DNA of 64,000 nt from Candidatus Levyibacteriota bacterium (GCA_013816255.1 JACDET010000001.1:67968-131967), one strand, 5' to 3'; shown: positions 30,168 through 40,037, counted from the stretch's first letter. Notes: generated from the sequence alone by a model not told the origin. A program made the numbers and translations.

Positions 30168-30845
30168 TTATCCTTTTCCTTCAATAGATTTTCTTAATCT
30201 TCTAAGAGTTTTCTTTTGCTGTCTTCTAGGTAACGCGTCGATGGATCTTCTAATAATGGGATTCCAGTCTCGTGCGTATCCTTCTTTTTCTATCCAATGC
30301 CCTATAATTGCTGAAACATCAGCTTTATCTCTTTCTCTTGGAGCTCTGCCCCAAGCATCTGAAGATTTTTGAGTCAAAATAATTCCAGGATGTACAACTT
30401 CAACCATAGGAGCTCTTCGCCCCTTTCTTGTTGCTATACTTCTTGCAGTATCTTCAAGAAACTCTGGATCAAACTGCATATCTGCCCAGTATTGGCCAGG
30501 TGTAACATTATCAGTTCCATACATTTCCCAATAACGCCCTTTATTTGCAGGGTCCATAATGACTAAATCTATATCATGATGAGGACGCACAAAACCAGTA
30601 GTAAGTTCGACAGCCAATCCAGAAGTTAATAAATACCGTAAATTTCCTGCCTTATCTCTCTGAGGTTCTGCATCAAGAATCATTTCGAGCTGACGTAATC
30701 TACCATCGCCACTAGGTGGTTCTCCAGGGTCCCCGACTGGAATTGCAAGAACTTGTGCAATAACGTCTCTTACACCATCTAATTCTGGTCCACGCTCAAC
30801 TCGATCCTGCTGTCTGTCAGGTTCTCCAAATCCCATTCTTTCCAT
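30168..30845 (-). CDS. Nucleotidyltransferase, ANT(2'')-like (PF10706-like)
   Basis: LLTSGLAVELTTGFVRPHHDIDLVIM matches the GGGWAIDARLGRVTRKHDDIDL region of ANT(2'')-Ia. The gene is clearly more GC-rich (roughly 47%) than its neighbours. Confidence 0.55.
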   Translation of the reverse strand: MERMGFGEPDRQQDRVERGPELDGVRDVIAQVLAIPVGDPGEPPSGDGRLRQLEMILDAEPQRDKAGNLRYLLTSGLAVELTTGFVRPHHDIDLVIMDPANKGRYWEMYGTDNVTPGQYWADMQFDPEFLEDTARSIATRKGRRAPMVEVVHPGIILTQKSSDAWGRAPRERDKADVSAIIGHWIEKEGYARDWNPIIRRSIDALPRRQQKKTLRRLRKSIEGKG

Positions 30846-30945
30846 AAGTAACGAATTATATCAATATTGTACTTGAAATACAATACTATAGGTAATAAAT
30901 CATGTGTTGACATCTCTTCAAAATGTATCTATATTGTATATACAT

Positions 30946-31209
30946 ATGAGCACATACACTGCAACCGTTATCAAAACAGGCAATTCAGTCGCGCTTCGCG
31001 TACCAAAGCAATATGTTCTGGATGCAAAGCTTGTTCCTGGTGAAAAGGTCAATCTCAATTTGCCGACCAAACAAAAGCAGCAGGATCATGACAAAATTAT
31101 ACGACTTATCGCAGCATTGCAGAAACTGTCTGCCTATAGCACTATAAAAGATCCTCTTAAGTGGCAACGGGAAATCCGTCAAGACCGCCCTCTTCCCGAA
31201 AGAAAGTAA
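30946..31209 (+). CDS. vapB: AbrB/SpoVT-type antitoxin (VapB-like)
   Basis: MSTYTATVIKTGNSVALRVPKQY swapped-hairpin motif. It lies 4 nt upstream of the PIN gene. The promoter TTGACA-17-TATATT ends 10 nt before the ATG. Confidence 0.7.
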   Translation: MSTYTATVIKTGNSVALRVPKQYVLDAKLVPGEKVNLNLPTKQKQQDHDKIIRLIAALQKLSAYSTIKDPLKWQREIRQDRPLPERK

Positions 31210-31212
31210 ATT

Positions 31213-31572
31213 ATGATTGTACTTGATACCAATATCTTTATTTACCTCGCCAATGGAACATTGAAAACAGAGACACTCAATGAGAACGATATAGCATACG
31301 CAAGTATTACGAAAATAGAAGCCTTAGGATATACTAAAATTATCGGAGCAGAGCAGAGTTATTTAGAAACTTTGTTGGATGCATGCGAGCAGATTGAACT
31401 TAATGAAACTGTTATAAAGCAAGCAATTCGGTTACGGCAACAATCAAAATTATCTTTAGGTGATGCTATTATGGCAGCTTCAGCGCTTGCTCACGACTAT
31501 GAACTTTGGACAGCTAATATTGAAGACTTTAAGCATATAGAAGATCTCCGCCTTCACAATCCTTTACACTAG
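31213..31572 (+). CDS. vapC: PIN-domain toxin (VapC)
   Basis: MIVLDTNIFIY plus acidic residues at the conserved PIN positions. Confidence 0.85.
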   Translation: MIVLDTNIFIYLANGTLKTETLNENDIAYASITKIEALGYTKIIGAEQSYLETLLDACEQIELNETVIKQAIRLRQQSKLSLGDAIMAASALAHDYELWTANIEDFKHIEDLRLHNPLH

Positions 31573-31645
31573 ACATGATGCAGGCTTGCACCAATTCGTG
31601 CTTACCTACCTTGACAAATTTCCCACAATTGCAGATGATTAACTC

Positions 31646-32875
31646 ATGCCCATGTTGTATTTCACGTTAGCCCTATCAATTCTTTTTGTTATCATCACTG
31701 TAATAATCATAAACAAAAGCTATATTGACGGCGTAAAAAAAGCGCAACAAACTATCATAGAATCTCTCACAAACGGCATCATCGGAGTGGATGCACATCA
31801 GACCATTATTATGGTAAATACAGCCTTTGAGAAATTACTCGGTATTTCACGTGATAAGATACTTGGTCAGCCAGTAGATGCCATTTTAAAGCTTTATGGA
31901 GGAACAACAGTTGTGCCTTACGAGGTGTATAGCCAACCGAATGAGACAAATACGAGAAACGGTTTAAAACTCCGCAATGAACAAGGAGAAACGCCTCTCT
32001 CCTTAACACTCGCACCATACACGTTTGCCAATCAAGACAAAGGAATGCTTGTGACAACACATAATCTCTCCTTAGAGCACCAGCTTGAAGAAATGAAAGT
32101 TGATTTTGTCTCAATGGCTGCTCATGAATTACGGACTCCCCTCACCGCGATACGTGGCTATGCATCTCTTTTACAAATGCATTATTCTCTCCATCTTGAT
32201 GATGCGGCGAAAGAACTATTGACCCGTTTGCTCGTCAGTACTGCTAATTTAGCGAACCTCATTGATAACTTATTGAGTGTTTCAAGAATTGAACGCAACA
32301 ATATGATTATTGATACCAAACCAATTGATTTATCAATTATAGTCAAAGATATCTTTGAAAGCTTTAAGTCACAAGCGCAAACCCGCAAACAAACCTTTAC
32401 CCTCTCAATGCCTGAACATCTTCCAATGGTTATGGCAGATCCGTTCAGAGTTGGTCAAGTTTTTGTTAATCTTATCAGCAACGCAATCAACTACACACAA
32501 GAAGGTGGATCGATCTCGATTACAATCCAAGATAGAAATGGTTACTTAGAAGTTGCAGTGCAGGATAACGGCGAAGGTATTCCCCCTGAAGCTGTTCCAC
32601 GGCTCTTTACAAAATTTTTCAGGGTTTCAGGTTCACTTGAACAAGGATCAAAAGGGACTGGGCTTGGATTATATATCACAAAATCCATTATCGAGATGCA
32701 TAAAGGCAAAATATGGGCTGAGAGTACACTGAACAAGGGATCCATTTTTACATTTACATTACCTACTGCAAGCCAAGATGAAATTACGAAGCAAAAGGAG
32801 CATCCATCAAGTACTTTCTTGACAGTAAAAAATGGACAAGGTATTATTGTTAGGAAAAGCACTGCTACGAACTAA
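31646..32875 (+). CDS. Membrane-anchored PAS sensor histidine kinase
   Basis: N-terminal TM. H-box AAHELRTPLTAIRGY and the N/G boxes. Confidence 0.85.
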   Translation: MPMLYFTLALSILFVIITVIIINKSYIDGVKKAQQTIIESLTNGIIGVDAHQTIIMVNTAFEKLLGISRDKILGQPVDAILKLYGGTTVVPYEVYSQPNETNTRNGLKLRNEQGETPLSLTLAPYTFANQDKGMLVTTHNLSLEHQLEEMKVDFVSMAAHELRTPLTAIRGYASLLQMHYSLHLDDAAKELLTRLLVSTANLANLIDNLLSVSRIERNNMIIDTKPIDLSIIVKDIFESFKSQAQTRKQTFTLSMPEHLPMVMADPFRVGQVFVNLISNAINYTQEGGSISITIQDRNGYLEVAVQDNGEGIPPEAVPRLFTKFFRVSGSLEQGSKGTGLGLYITKSIIEMHKGKIWAESTLNKGSIFTFTLPTASQDEITKQKEHPSSTFLTVKNGQGIIVRKSTATN

Positions 32876-32893
32876 TCTATTCGTATACAAATT

Positions 32894-33286
32894 ATGAGAA
32901 AAATATTAATTGCTGAAGACGATTTTTTTATCCGGGACATTTATAGTAAAGTGTTTGCACTATCCGGTTACGAAGTAGCAGTTGCTGTCGATGGGATGGA
33001 CGCGCTTGAGAAAATCAAAGCACAAACATATGACATGGTTCTTCTGGATATTATGATGCCACGAATGACTGGCATTGATGTTCTCAAAAATATTAGATCT
33101 GCTGAAGAACCAATAAAAAGTATTCCAATTTTTATCATTACGAACTTAGGACAACAGAATGTTATTGAAGAAGCTTTTAGACTTGGAATGGATGGATATA
33201 TTTTGAAATCACAAGTAACACCGCAGCAGATTGTTGATGAAATAAATAACTTCTTTCTCACAAAAGAAGCATTACCACAAACCTAG
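32894..33286 (+). CDS. Response regulator, receiver domain only
   Basis: ILIAEDD...VLLDIMMPRMTG...K. No output domain. Confidence 0.85.
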   Translation: MRKILIAEDDFFIRDIYSKVFALSGYEVAVAVDGMDALEKIKAQTYDMVLLDIMMPRMTGIDVLKNIRSAEEPIKSIPIFIITNLGQQNVIEEAFRLGMDGYILKSQVTPQQIVDEINNFFLTKEALPQT

Positions 33287-33359
33287 GCTATTCTTCCACA
33301 GTAGGCAAGCAAATCTAAAGTTTATATTGACATTGAGACTCATCTAAGCCATTATTAAT

Positions 33360-34364
33360 ATGCGGGACTTATCTATCATGAATAATCTCTTTTCTTCACC
33401 TAAATTTATCATTGCTGCTATCGCAATATTAGCCTTAGTAGTTATACCACTTACCATTGTGCAAGTACAAAATCAGCAAAACCTTCGTCAAGAAGCTGAT
33501 GAAATTACCTGGGCAACAGATCAATCAGCTTCAGCAAGCTGTCCAACTGAAGGATCAGGAGTAGAAATTAAGGCAAGATTTTCAAATACAGAACCACGTG
33601 AAAGCTCTACTGATATGACAGTCACCGTTAAAGACCAACAAACAGGCAAATCAGTTGTCATGGGTGTCGTAAAAGGTGGAGAAACAAAAACCTCGACAAT
33701 TCAGACAGAAAGAGATACATTAAATGCAGGCTCTGTAACATTCTCACTTAAATGGACGGACGGACGCTCCGGTGTTGACAGTAGGACAGCAAGCTATGAA
33801 GCAGTTGCAAATTGTAATACTTCAAATCCTGATCCAATTGTAAATGAACCGGTTTGTCCAGATGGAACACAAGAAATAACGAATCTCGAAGGAGGCCCTC
33901 TTTTCGCAAACGGTCAAGGTGATGCAAGCAAGACGCACAAGTTTAATCTACCAACTTCTGCCAAACTTACATTTGCAGGTTTTCTCAAAGAAGGACATCC
34001 TGAAAGTTGTCCAAACGGTGATAACTGTAATCAAGGACAGCTTTATGAAGAAATTAAAGTATCAGTTAACGGTGAAAAAATTGGAGAAAGCACAGATAAA
34101 GGCGGTCCGATAGACGCTTGGGTAGCTATTGGTCCTTGGCTTACAAGCGGTGAGGTCAATTCCGGAGAAGTAACCGTTCTTGTTGAGCATCGTAAAAGAA
34201 GCACACAAGGTCCAGAATCAGTTGATTACAAACTTGCTGTCTGTACACAAAAGTCCACGCCAACACCAACGCCGACAACACCTCCAGGAGAACCAACTCC
34301 TACTATTTGCCCCACATTGGGTCCTGTGAAGAATGTGATAATTGAGTGCCCTAATTGTCCTTAG
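33360..34364 (+). CDS. Secreted/membrane-anchored hypothetical protein (paralogue A)
   Basis: Signal anchor. An ~130-aa N-terminal domain is shared with the next gene (W-TDGRSGVDSRTASYE compared with W-TDGSSGIDTRLASYE). Cys-rich C-terminus. Confidence 0.5.
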   Translation: MRDLSIMNNLFSSPKFIIAAIAILALVVIPLTIVQVQNQQNLRQEADEITWATDQSASASCPTEGSGVEIKARFSNTEPRESSTDMTVTVKDQQTGKSVVMGVVKGGETKTSTIQTERDTLNAGSVTFSLKWTDGRSGVDSRTASYEAVANCNTSNPDPIVNEPVCPDGTQEITNLEGGPLFANGQGDASKTHKFNLPTSAKLTFAGFLKEGHPESCPNGDNCNQGQLYEEIKVSVNGEKIGESTDKGGPIDAWVAIGPWLTSGEVNSGEVTVLVEHRKRSTQGPESVDYKLAVCTQKSTPTPTPTTPPGEPTPTICPTLGPVKNVIIECPNCP

Positions 34365-35794
34365 AATGTGTGAATACCGTGAATGTACCTAAACCAACTC
34401 AAAAAATTCCTTTTATAATCCTTCTCGGGGTTTTACTGGTTGGTATTCCTCTTACCGTACTTGCGCTCCAATCCCAACAAATCTTCCAACAATTTGCGTG
34501 GTCGACAACACAATCAGCAAAAACAGTCTGTCCAGTTGATGGAAGTGGGGCGATTGTTGAAGTAAGTTTCACCAACACTGAATCTTCAAAATCTATGGAT
34601 GTCGTCGCGAAAGATATCCAATCAGGAAAATTTATAGATCTTGGAACGGTCAAACCGAAAGAAACTAAAGAAGGACAAATTAATACTGAATCAACTACGC
34701 TTGAAGAAGGATCAGTCCAATTCAATCTCAAATGGACGGATGGCTCGTCAGGAATTGATACAAGATTAGCCTCTTATGAAAAACTTGAAGAATGTGACAC
34801 ACCACCTCCTTTTTGCCCTACAAATCCAGGATCCAACGAAGGTGTCTGTAAATGGGACGCATTGGAAGGTGCTGAAGGATATGAAGTTGTCGTAAAAGAC
34901 ACTGAAAATGGTAAAACTATTAAAGCTGAATCGCTACCAAAAACAGCAGAACAAAGTACTTTCCCAATGGTTCCTGGAAAATCATATTCTTGTGAAGTTA
35001 ATCCGATTAATGCATGCGGAAAAGGAGAAATAGCAAAGAGTCCAGATAAAGTATGTACAATACCCACACCAAGTGTCACACCTACACCACAAGTTTGCCC
35101 TGTACCGCCAAACAAACTTGGTGTTTGTAAATGGGATCCTTTGGAGGGTGCGGGCGAATACAAAATTGTAGTCAAAGATAGTAAATCAGGTGAAACTGTC
35201 AAATCTGGTACTGTCAAATCACCAGATAATAAGTTCGACTTCCCGGCAGATCCAGTAAAGACATATCAATGTCTTGTGACAGCTGTCAACAAATGTGGTG
35301 AAGCACCGCCAGCTGAAAGTCCTCCAATAAGTTGCACATTGCCAACACCGACACCAACGACTCCGTTGCCAACACCGACCCCTACAACGCCACCTGCAAC
35401 CCCAACGCCGACACAACCTGCGCCTTCGCCGACACCAACAGCTCTGCCACCTACTGCGACACCTCCACCGTTGCCAACTCCAACACCGATAGTAATCGTG
35501 CGTATTCCGCCAAATGTCCTTCCGCCACAAACACAACCACCAGTTGTCATACAGCAGCCACCAGTTGTCGTACAACAGCCACCACAACAAGTGATCGTTC
35601 AACAACAACCACCTGCTATTGGAGCACCGCAACAACCTGTACAACAAGTTATTCCTAACCCGACAGTAGCACCAGGACAACCATCACCTGCACCAACAAT
35701 GAAACCAACAGGCAACTTTTCAAACTCAATAGTATTAGCTGGAGCAACAACGATACTTCTCTTAGTAGGATCATTCGTCTTCTTCCTCCTCTAG
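34355..35794 (+). CDS. Surface protein (paralogue B): shared N-domain, two FN3-like repeats, PT-rich linker, Q/P/V-rich segment and C-terminal TM
   Basis: Non-ATG start in the track (TTG). Two ~85-aa repeats (GVCKWDxLEGAxxY..VVKD...C). PTPTPTTP linker. The terminal hydrophobic segment ends ...FFLL. Confidence 0.5.
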   Translation: MSLECVNTVNVPKPTQKIPFIILLGVLLVGIPLTVLALQSQQIFQQFAWSTTQSAKTVCPVDGSGAIVEVSFTNTESSKSMDVVAKDIQSGKFIDLGTVKPKETKEGQINTESTTLEEGSVQFNLKWTDGSSGIDTRLASYEKLEECDTPPPFCPTNPGSNEGVCKWDALEGAEGYEVVVKDTENGKTIKAESLPKTAEQSTFPMVPGKSYSCEVNPINACGKGEIAKSPDKVCTIPTPSVTPTPQVCPVPPNKLGVCKWDPLEGAGEYKIVVKDSKSGETVKSGTVKSPDNKFDFPADPVKTYQCLVTAVNKCGEAPPAESPPISCTLPTPTPTTPLPTPTPTTPPATPTPTQPAPSPTPTALPPTATPPPLPTPTPIVIVRIPPNVLPPQTQPPVVIQQPPVVVQQPPQQVIVQQQPPAIGAPQQPVQQVIPNPTVAPGQPSPAPTMKPTGNFSNSIVLAGATTILLLVGSFVFFLL

Positions 35795-35884
35795 TGCATC
35801 CCAACAAAATCGCTATGTATGTAAAAGCAAAGATATGGAGGAGCATTTGACAGATAGAACAATATTGGCTTATACTTTTAGTTA

Positions 35885-36337
35885 ATGAATTTAGGTAACC
35901 TCTTTAAAAAGTCTGGTACAGAACCAAAATCCATCAAACCGCAGAAGACGAAGATATTTATTGCTGAAGACGATGAATACTTGCGTGACTTTTATAAAGA
36001 ATTATTGGTAGGAGAAGGATATGAAGTAATCACTGCGGTAAATGGACAAGAGGCCTTACGTTCTATTCTACAAACGCAACCAAAAGTCATTTTATTAGAT
36101 GTAATGATGCCAGTTATGGATGGTTTACAGGTACTGGAAGAACTAAAAAAGAATGAGCAAACGAAGAATATCCCAGTCATCGTACTGACAAATGCCGGTA
36201 CTATAGGAAATATGGAAACAGCTAAATATCATAAATCATTTAGATTTCTTATCAAATCAAATATCGTACCTGAAGAATTAATAAAGTCGGTAAAAGATGC
36301 TGTAGACAGTTACACTTCCCATAACGTGATTCTCTAA
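35885..36337 (+). CDS. Response regulator, receiver domain only
   Basis: KIFIAEDDEY...ILLDVMMPVMDG...K. Promoter TTGACA-17-TTATAC upstream. Confidence 0.8.
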   Translation: MNLGNLFKKSGTEPKSIKPQKTKIFIAEDDEYLRDFYKELLVGEGYEVITAVNGQEALRSILQTQPKVILLDVMMPVMDGLQVLEELKKNEQTKNIPVIVLTNAGTIGNMETAKYHKSFRFLIKSNIVPEELIKSVKDAVDSYTSHNVIL

Positions 36338-36343
36338 CAAAAG

Positions 36344-36934
36344 CTATATGGTTCGAAATTGAACATCTGAGGGTACTTCAAACTTCGAGAGATCAGGTAC
36401 CCATGATTTACAATCAAAGATCATTTCTTGACTGATTTGTTCTGCTTGTTGTTTTTGCTCCGGATTCATTGCATTATCAGTTTCTTCCAATAAAGATTGT
36501 GCAAATGTAAATCCAACATTATTTCCACTAGGTTCTACCCATGTGTATGCTACTTCATCTTTATAAATAGTATTTGCTTCCATGGCTACGCCATTAACAG
36601 ATCCTGTACCCGAACTCCGACCTTGATTTCCCATAGTCCATAGCTTTCCAGCACGTGCTTGGCTAGTCGAATCTTCGACTTGCAATCTCCAATCACATTC
36701 TAATGCGTCACCACGGGCAACAAGCCTTGGAAGCGAAGAGCGGAATTCTCCTGTTGATGAAGTTACCAATGTATCCTCACCGGCTACCTCTTGCGTATTC
36801 GTTGGATTACTTACTATAGAAGCAGCAGATTCTATTTTTAGATAGTAGATACCGCCACCAATGATTGCAAGCATTGCAATTACAATAAGAAAAGATATCG
36901 CTGAAAATCCTTTTATCATCTGATCCTTAGTCAT
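36344..36934 (-). CDS. Membrane-anchored hypothetical protein
   Basis: 196 aa. N-terminal TM, extracytoplasmic domain. Confidence 0.4.
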   Translation of the reverse strand: MTKDQMIKGFSAISFLIVIAMLAIIGGGIYYLKIESAASIVSNPTNTQEVAGEDTLVTSSTGEFRSSLPRLVARGDALECDWRLQVEDSTSQARAGKLWTMGNQGRSSGTGSVNGVAMEANTIYKDEVAYTWVEPSGNNVGFTFAQSLLEETDNAMNPEQKQQAEQISQEMIFDCKSWVPDLSKFEVPSDVQFRTI

Positions 36935-36978
36935 ACTTTAAATAGTAGCATACTGATAGAAGCCTAACAAATAACATT

Positions 36979-38496
36979 TTATTTCTCTTTATTATGAATC
37001 ATTGTAAAAGAAATTACTGCACCTAATAGCGCTAAGGCCGCACTGATTCCCATAACTATTTTGAAAGCATAGAGAAACGCATTATCAATTGTTTCTTTTG
37101 CGATGTGTTGCGATGAGGTATCAAACGCTGTTGGAATTTGTATTCCACCTAACTTATCTTTTTGCTCAATAATTTGCTGCTTTTGGGAGGTTGTGAGATT
37201 TGTATGGGTTATATTTTCCTTTAATTCAGCACTAAACGTGGTTACCATGACTGCGCCAAGTAAGGCAATTGCCAAAAGTGAAGCAACTCTGGAAACAGCA
37301 TTATTGACACCCGATGCTGCACCTGAATATTTTGTATCAACGGCCAAAGATGACTTCGTGAGTGGCGCTATGACAAGTGACATTCCCAAACCAAATAATA
37401 GTAAACCTGGTAATACATCTGTAAAATAATTAGTATTAGTGCCCATAAAGAACAACCATACGATTCCAAGACTTACGAGTAACGGACCGATAATCATTGG
37501 CTTTCTTGGCCCGATTCTATCACTCAAAGACCCTGCGGGGCCAGATAAAAACGTGATGAGAAGTATTGTCGGCAACATACTCAACCCTGCGGCGATTGGA
37601 GAATAATGCTGCAGTTGCTGTAAATTAAGAATGAGAAAAAAGATAATACCATTGAGTGCAAAATAAAGAAAAAGCGTTACCAAATTTGCACCGAGGACCA
37701 ATGGCGATTTAAAAATATGAAGTGGGACCAATGGTTCTTTAATCTTTTTTTCTATTGCGTAAAATATAATAAAAGACACCATACCAATGAGGAAACTTCC
37801 GACAACCCATCCTTCGGTAAGTCCCCGTGTCGGTGCTTCGATTAATGCATAGGAGATACCCAAAAGTCCTGTGAGGAGTAAAAAAGTCCCGATAAGATCA
37901 AGTTTTTTGGCATCGATATTCTTTGATTCAGGTACGTACTTTATTGTCAAAAAAAGTGCCATAAGTCCGATTGGAATATTTATATAAAAGATTGACGGCC
38001 AACCAAATGTTTGCACCAGCCAACCACCGAGAAAGGGTCCAAGTGCCGCAACACCACCAGCAAAGCCAGACCATAAGCCAATCGCTTTCCCTTGCTCCTT
38101 TTTATCAAAAGACGTATTAATGATACTCAAACTTCCCGGTATCATCATAGCAGCACCAATTCCTTGTATTGTCCTAAAAACTATTAACTGGTCAATTGTT
38201 TGCGACAAACTACAAAGTAATGAGGCAATAATAAAAAGTCCAATTCCATAAATAAATATTCTCCTTCTTCCAAACCGATCTCCAAATGAACCGCTGATTA
38301 AAATGAGAGATGCAAGTATCAAGGCATAACTATTGATAATCCATTGCATATTCCCCAGAGTTGCATTAAATGAGGTTTGGACTTCCGGGACCGCAATATT
38401 GACTACAGTCCCATCGAGAAAAGCCATACCGCTGGCGAGAATTGTCGCTGCGAGAATGAGCTTTCCTTCCAATGATTTTGTCGTATAATTACTCAT
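36979..38496 (-). CDS. MFS transporter, DHA2 (EmrB/QacA, 14-TMS) family
   Basis: 505 aa. GDRFGRRR motif A. 14 predicted TM segments. Confidence 0.8.
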   Translation of the reverse strand: MSNYTTKSLEGKLILAATILASGMAFLDGTVVNIAVPEVQTSFNATLGNMQWIINSYALILASLILISGSFGDRFGRRRIFIYGIGLFIIASLLCSLSQTIDQLIVFRTIQGIGAAMMIPGSLSIINTSFDKKEQGKAIGLWSGFAGGVAALGPFLGGWLVQTFGWPSIFYINIPIGLMALFLTIKYVPESKNIDAKKLDLIGTFLLLTGLLGISYALIEAPTRGLTEGWVVGSFLIGMVSFIIFYAIEKKIKEPLVPLHIFKSPLVLGANLVTLFLYFALNGIIFFLILNLQQLQHYSPIAAGLSMLPTILLITFLSGPAGSLSDRIGPRKPMIIGPLLVSLGIVWLFFMGTNTNYFTDVLPGLLLFGLGMSLVIAPLTKSSLAVDTKYSGAASGVNNAVSRVASLLAIALLGAVMVTTFSAELKENITHTNLTTSQKQQIIEQKDKLGGIQIPTAFDTSSQHIAKETIDNAFLYAFKIVMGISAALALLGAVISFTMIHNKEK

Positions 38497-38597
38497 CTAT
38501 TTATCTGCTTATGATTTCATGGGAGAATGTCCATGTCAATACTTTCTTATTTGATAGTAGGTCAAGAAAAGCATTGAAATGATATACTACATTGTAT

Positions 38598-38972
38598 ATG
38601 AAACCATTATATACATTGACTGGCACAGTAAAAATAGGAGCAAAGCGCGGAAAAGAGTTCGGATATCCAACTGCGAATGTAAGTTTGGAATCACACATTC
38701 CGGCAGGGGTTTACGCTGCTCAGGTTTCTATTGATAGCACAATATACAATGCAGCAACATTTATCGGTGCTGCTGTGACATTTGGAGATAAAGAATATAA
38801 ATCAGAAAGTTATATTCTTGATTTTGAACAAGATATTTATGGCACAGAGATCGTTATAAACTTGTATAAAAAGCTACGAGATAATGCAAACTTTGCAAAT
38901 GAGCATGACTTGATTGAGCAAATGGGGAAAGACGTTCTAATGACGCGCAGCTTTTTCGACAATGTCAGTTGA
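38598..38972 (+). CDS. Riboflavin kinase (stand-alone flavokinase domain)
   Basis: GTVKIGAKRGKEFGYPTANV (PTAN motif), like the RibF C-terminal domain. The track ORF starts at a TTG at 38592. Confidence 0.7.
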   Translation: MKPLYTLTGTVKIGAKRGKEFGYPTANVSLESHIPAGVYAAQVSIDSTIYNAATFIGAAVTFGDKEYKSESYILDFEQDIYGTEIVINLYKKLRDNANFANEHDLIEQMGKDVLMTRSFFDNVS

Positions 38973-39878
38973 TTTTCCCTGAAGCGGCTTGGTGATATTA
39001 TATATCGCAATCAAAAGTAGAATAACTCCGAAGATTTGTGTAGGACTCAGTACTTTTTGAAAAACGAAATAATCAATCAGTATTGCAGACGCAGGCCAGA
39101 CTAATTCACAAAGCGTTGTAATTCGGGCAGGTGTTCTCTTCAAGCCATAATAATAAAATCCCAAAGCAACCATACCTGTTGAAAGAGTAATAATAAGAAG
39201 TGTCTGCCATTGTGCTGCACCGATGGATGACAACGCCTGCGTTTGATTGCTTCCAATTATAATCAACAGAGCAAACATTGGTGCAAAGATAAAACGGAGC
39301 GCTGTTGCCGCAAGAAATGAAACTTTATTCAGAACGTATTTACTTATCGCAGTGGAAGACCCCCACAAAAGTCCTGCTGAAAGGGCAAGAAAACCAGCAA
39401 TTGCGGTTTCTCGGCCTGTGTTAAGATTGACAACGAGATCTTTGAATGAGATAAAGTACGCAGCAATCAATGCTACGGCTGCCCAAAGCAAGAACTTCTT
39501 TGTCACCCGTTCTTTGAGCAGTATCGCTGCAGTCGCGATTGCCCAAATCGGTTGGAGTTGCTGTTGCAAGAGTACGACAACTGAATACTGTGTATATTCA
39601 ATCTTTGCAAGTGCTGCAGTATACAACATCGTTCCTAAAGCGCCTGAAAATAGCGCAACAGCAAGGATGGCAAACCATTCTTTCCGTGATAACTTCTTCA
39701 GTTCCTTTATCCAAAGGGGTGACAAAAGTACTAATATAAAAGCTCCAATGAGGTGTTCATAAAAAACGATGACAGCAGGAGGAAGAGAATATAAATTAAT
39801 TCTCAAGAGTCCGTCAAAACTCCAAAGTAATGCCGCAATAATAACAAACAGCGGACCAAAGGCTGTAATTTTTTTCAT
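38937..39878 (-). CDS. DMT superfamily (EamA-like, 10-TMS) transporter. Candidate riboflavin transporter (ImpX-like).
   Basis: Two EamA repeats. Preceded by an FMN-riboswitch-like leader. Confidence 0.65.
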   Translation of the reverse strand: MKKITAFGPLFVIIAALLWSFDGLLRINLYSLPPAVIVFYEHLIGAFILVLLSPLWIKELKKLSRKEWFAILAVALFSGALGTMLYTAALAKIEYTQYSVVVLLQQQLQPIWAIATAAILLKERVTKKFLLWAAVALIAAYFISFKDLVVNLNTGRETAIAGFLALSAGLLWGSSTAISKYVLNKVSFLAATALRFIFAPMFALLIIIGSNQTQALSSIGAAQWQTLLIITLSTGMVALGFYYYGLKRTPARITTLCELVWPASAILIDYFVFQKVLSPTQIFGVILLLIAIYNITKPLQGKSTDIVEKAARH

Positions 39879-39884
39879 AAATTC

Positions 39885-40032
39885 TCTCTTTCATCCCGAC
39901 TGTACGGTCGCTGTCTGAGTTACACAGACTCGTGTCCTGAGTTTATCGAAGGACTCGTGGAGTTCAGCACGTTCAAGCATATGAATGTACTATCACCACC
40001 GATATTGATTTACACAAAACCCCGAAAGAATA
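39885..40032 (-). promoter_or_regulatory. Putative FMN riboswitch (RFN element), translation-control type
   Basis: Read on the minus strand: ...CGGGG..GTG.AAA...CGGTGGTGATAGTAC...GTCTG-TGTAACT-CAGACAGCGACCGTACAGTCGGGATGAAAGAGAG. The 3' half matches RFN (GGATTCGGTGAAATTCCGAAGCCGACAGTGAAAGTCTGGATGGGAGA) in sequence and P5 stem-loop architecture. Its 3' end overlaps the RBS of the gene at 39878. Confidence 0.5.
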
Positions 40033-40037
40033 TCTTA

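Noticed and set aside
35219-35680. 153-aa minus-strand ORF rich in Cys/Trp/Arg (CRWRCRGRCW...), plus 35266-35550 and 35332-35658 ORFs
   Set aside because: They lie entirely inside the Pro/Thr-rich repeat of the surface-protein gene. They are reading-frame artefacts of low-complexity (ACN/CCN)n DNA.
34355-35794. Possible sortase sorting signal (KPTGN followed by a hydrophobic tail) at the C-terminus of surface paralogue B
   Set aside because: The motif is not LPXTG/LAXTG (Pro is in the wrong position) and there is no basic tail after the hydrophobic segment. Treated as a plain C-terminal TM anchor.
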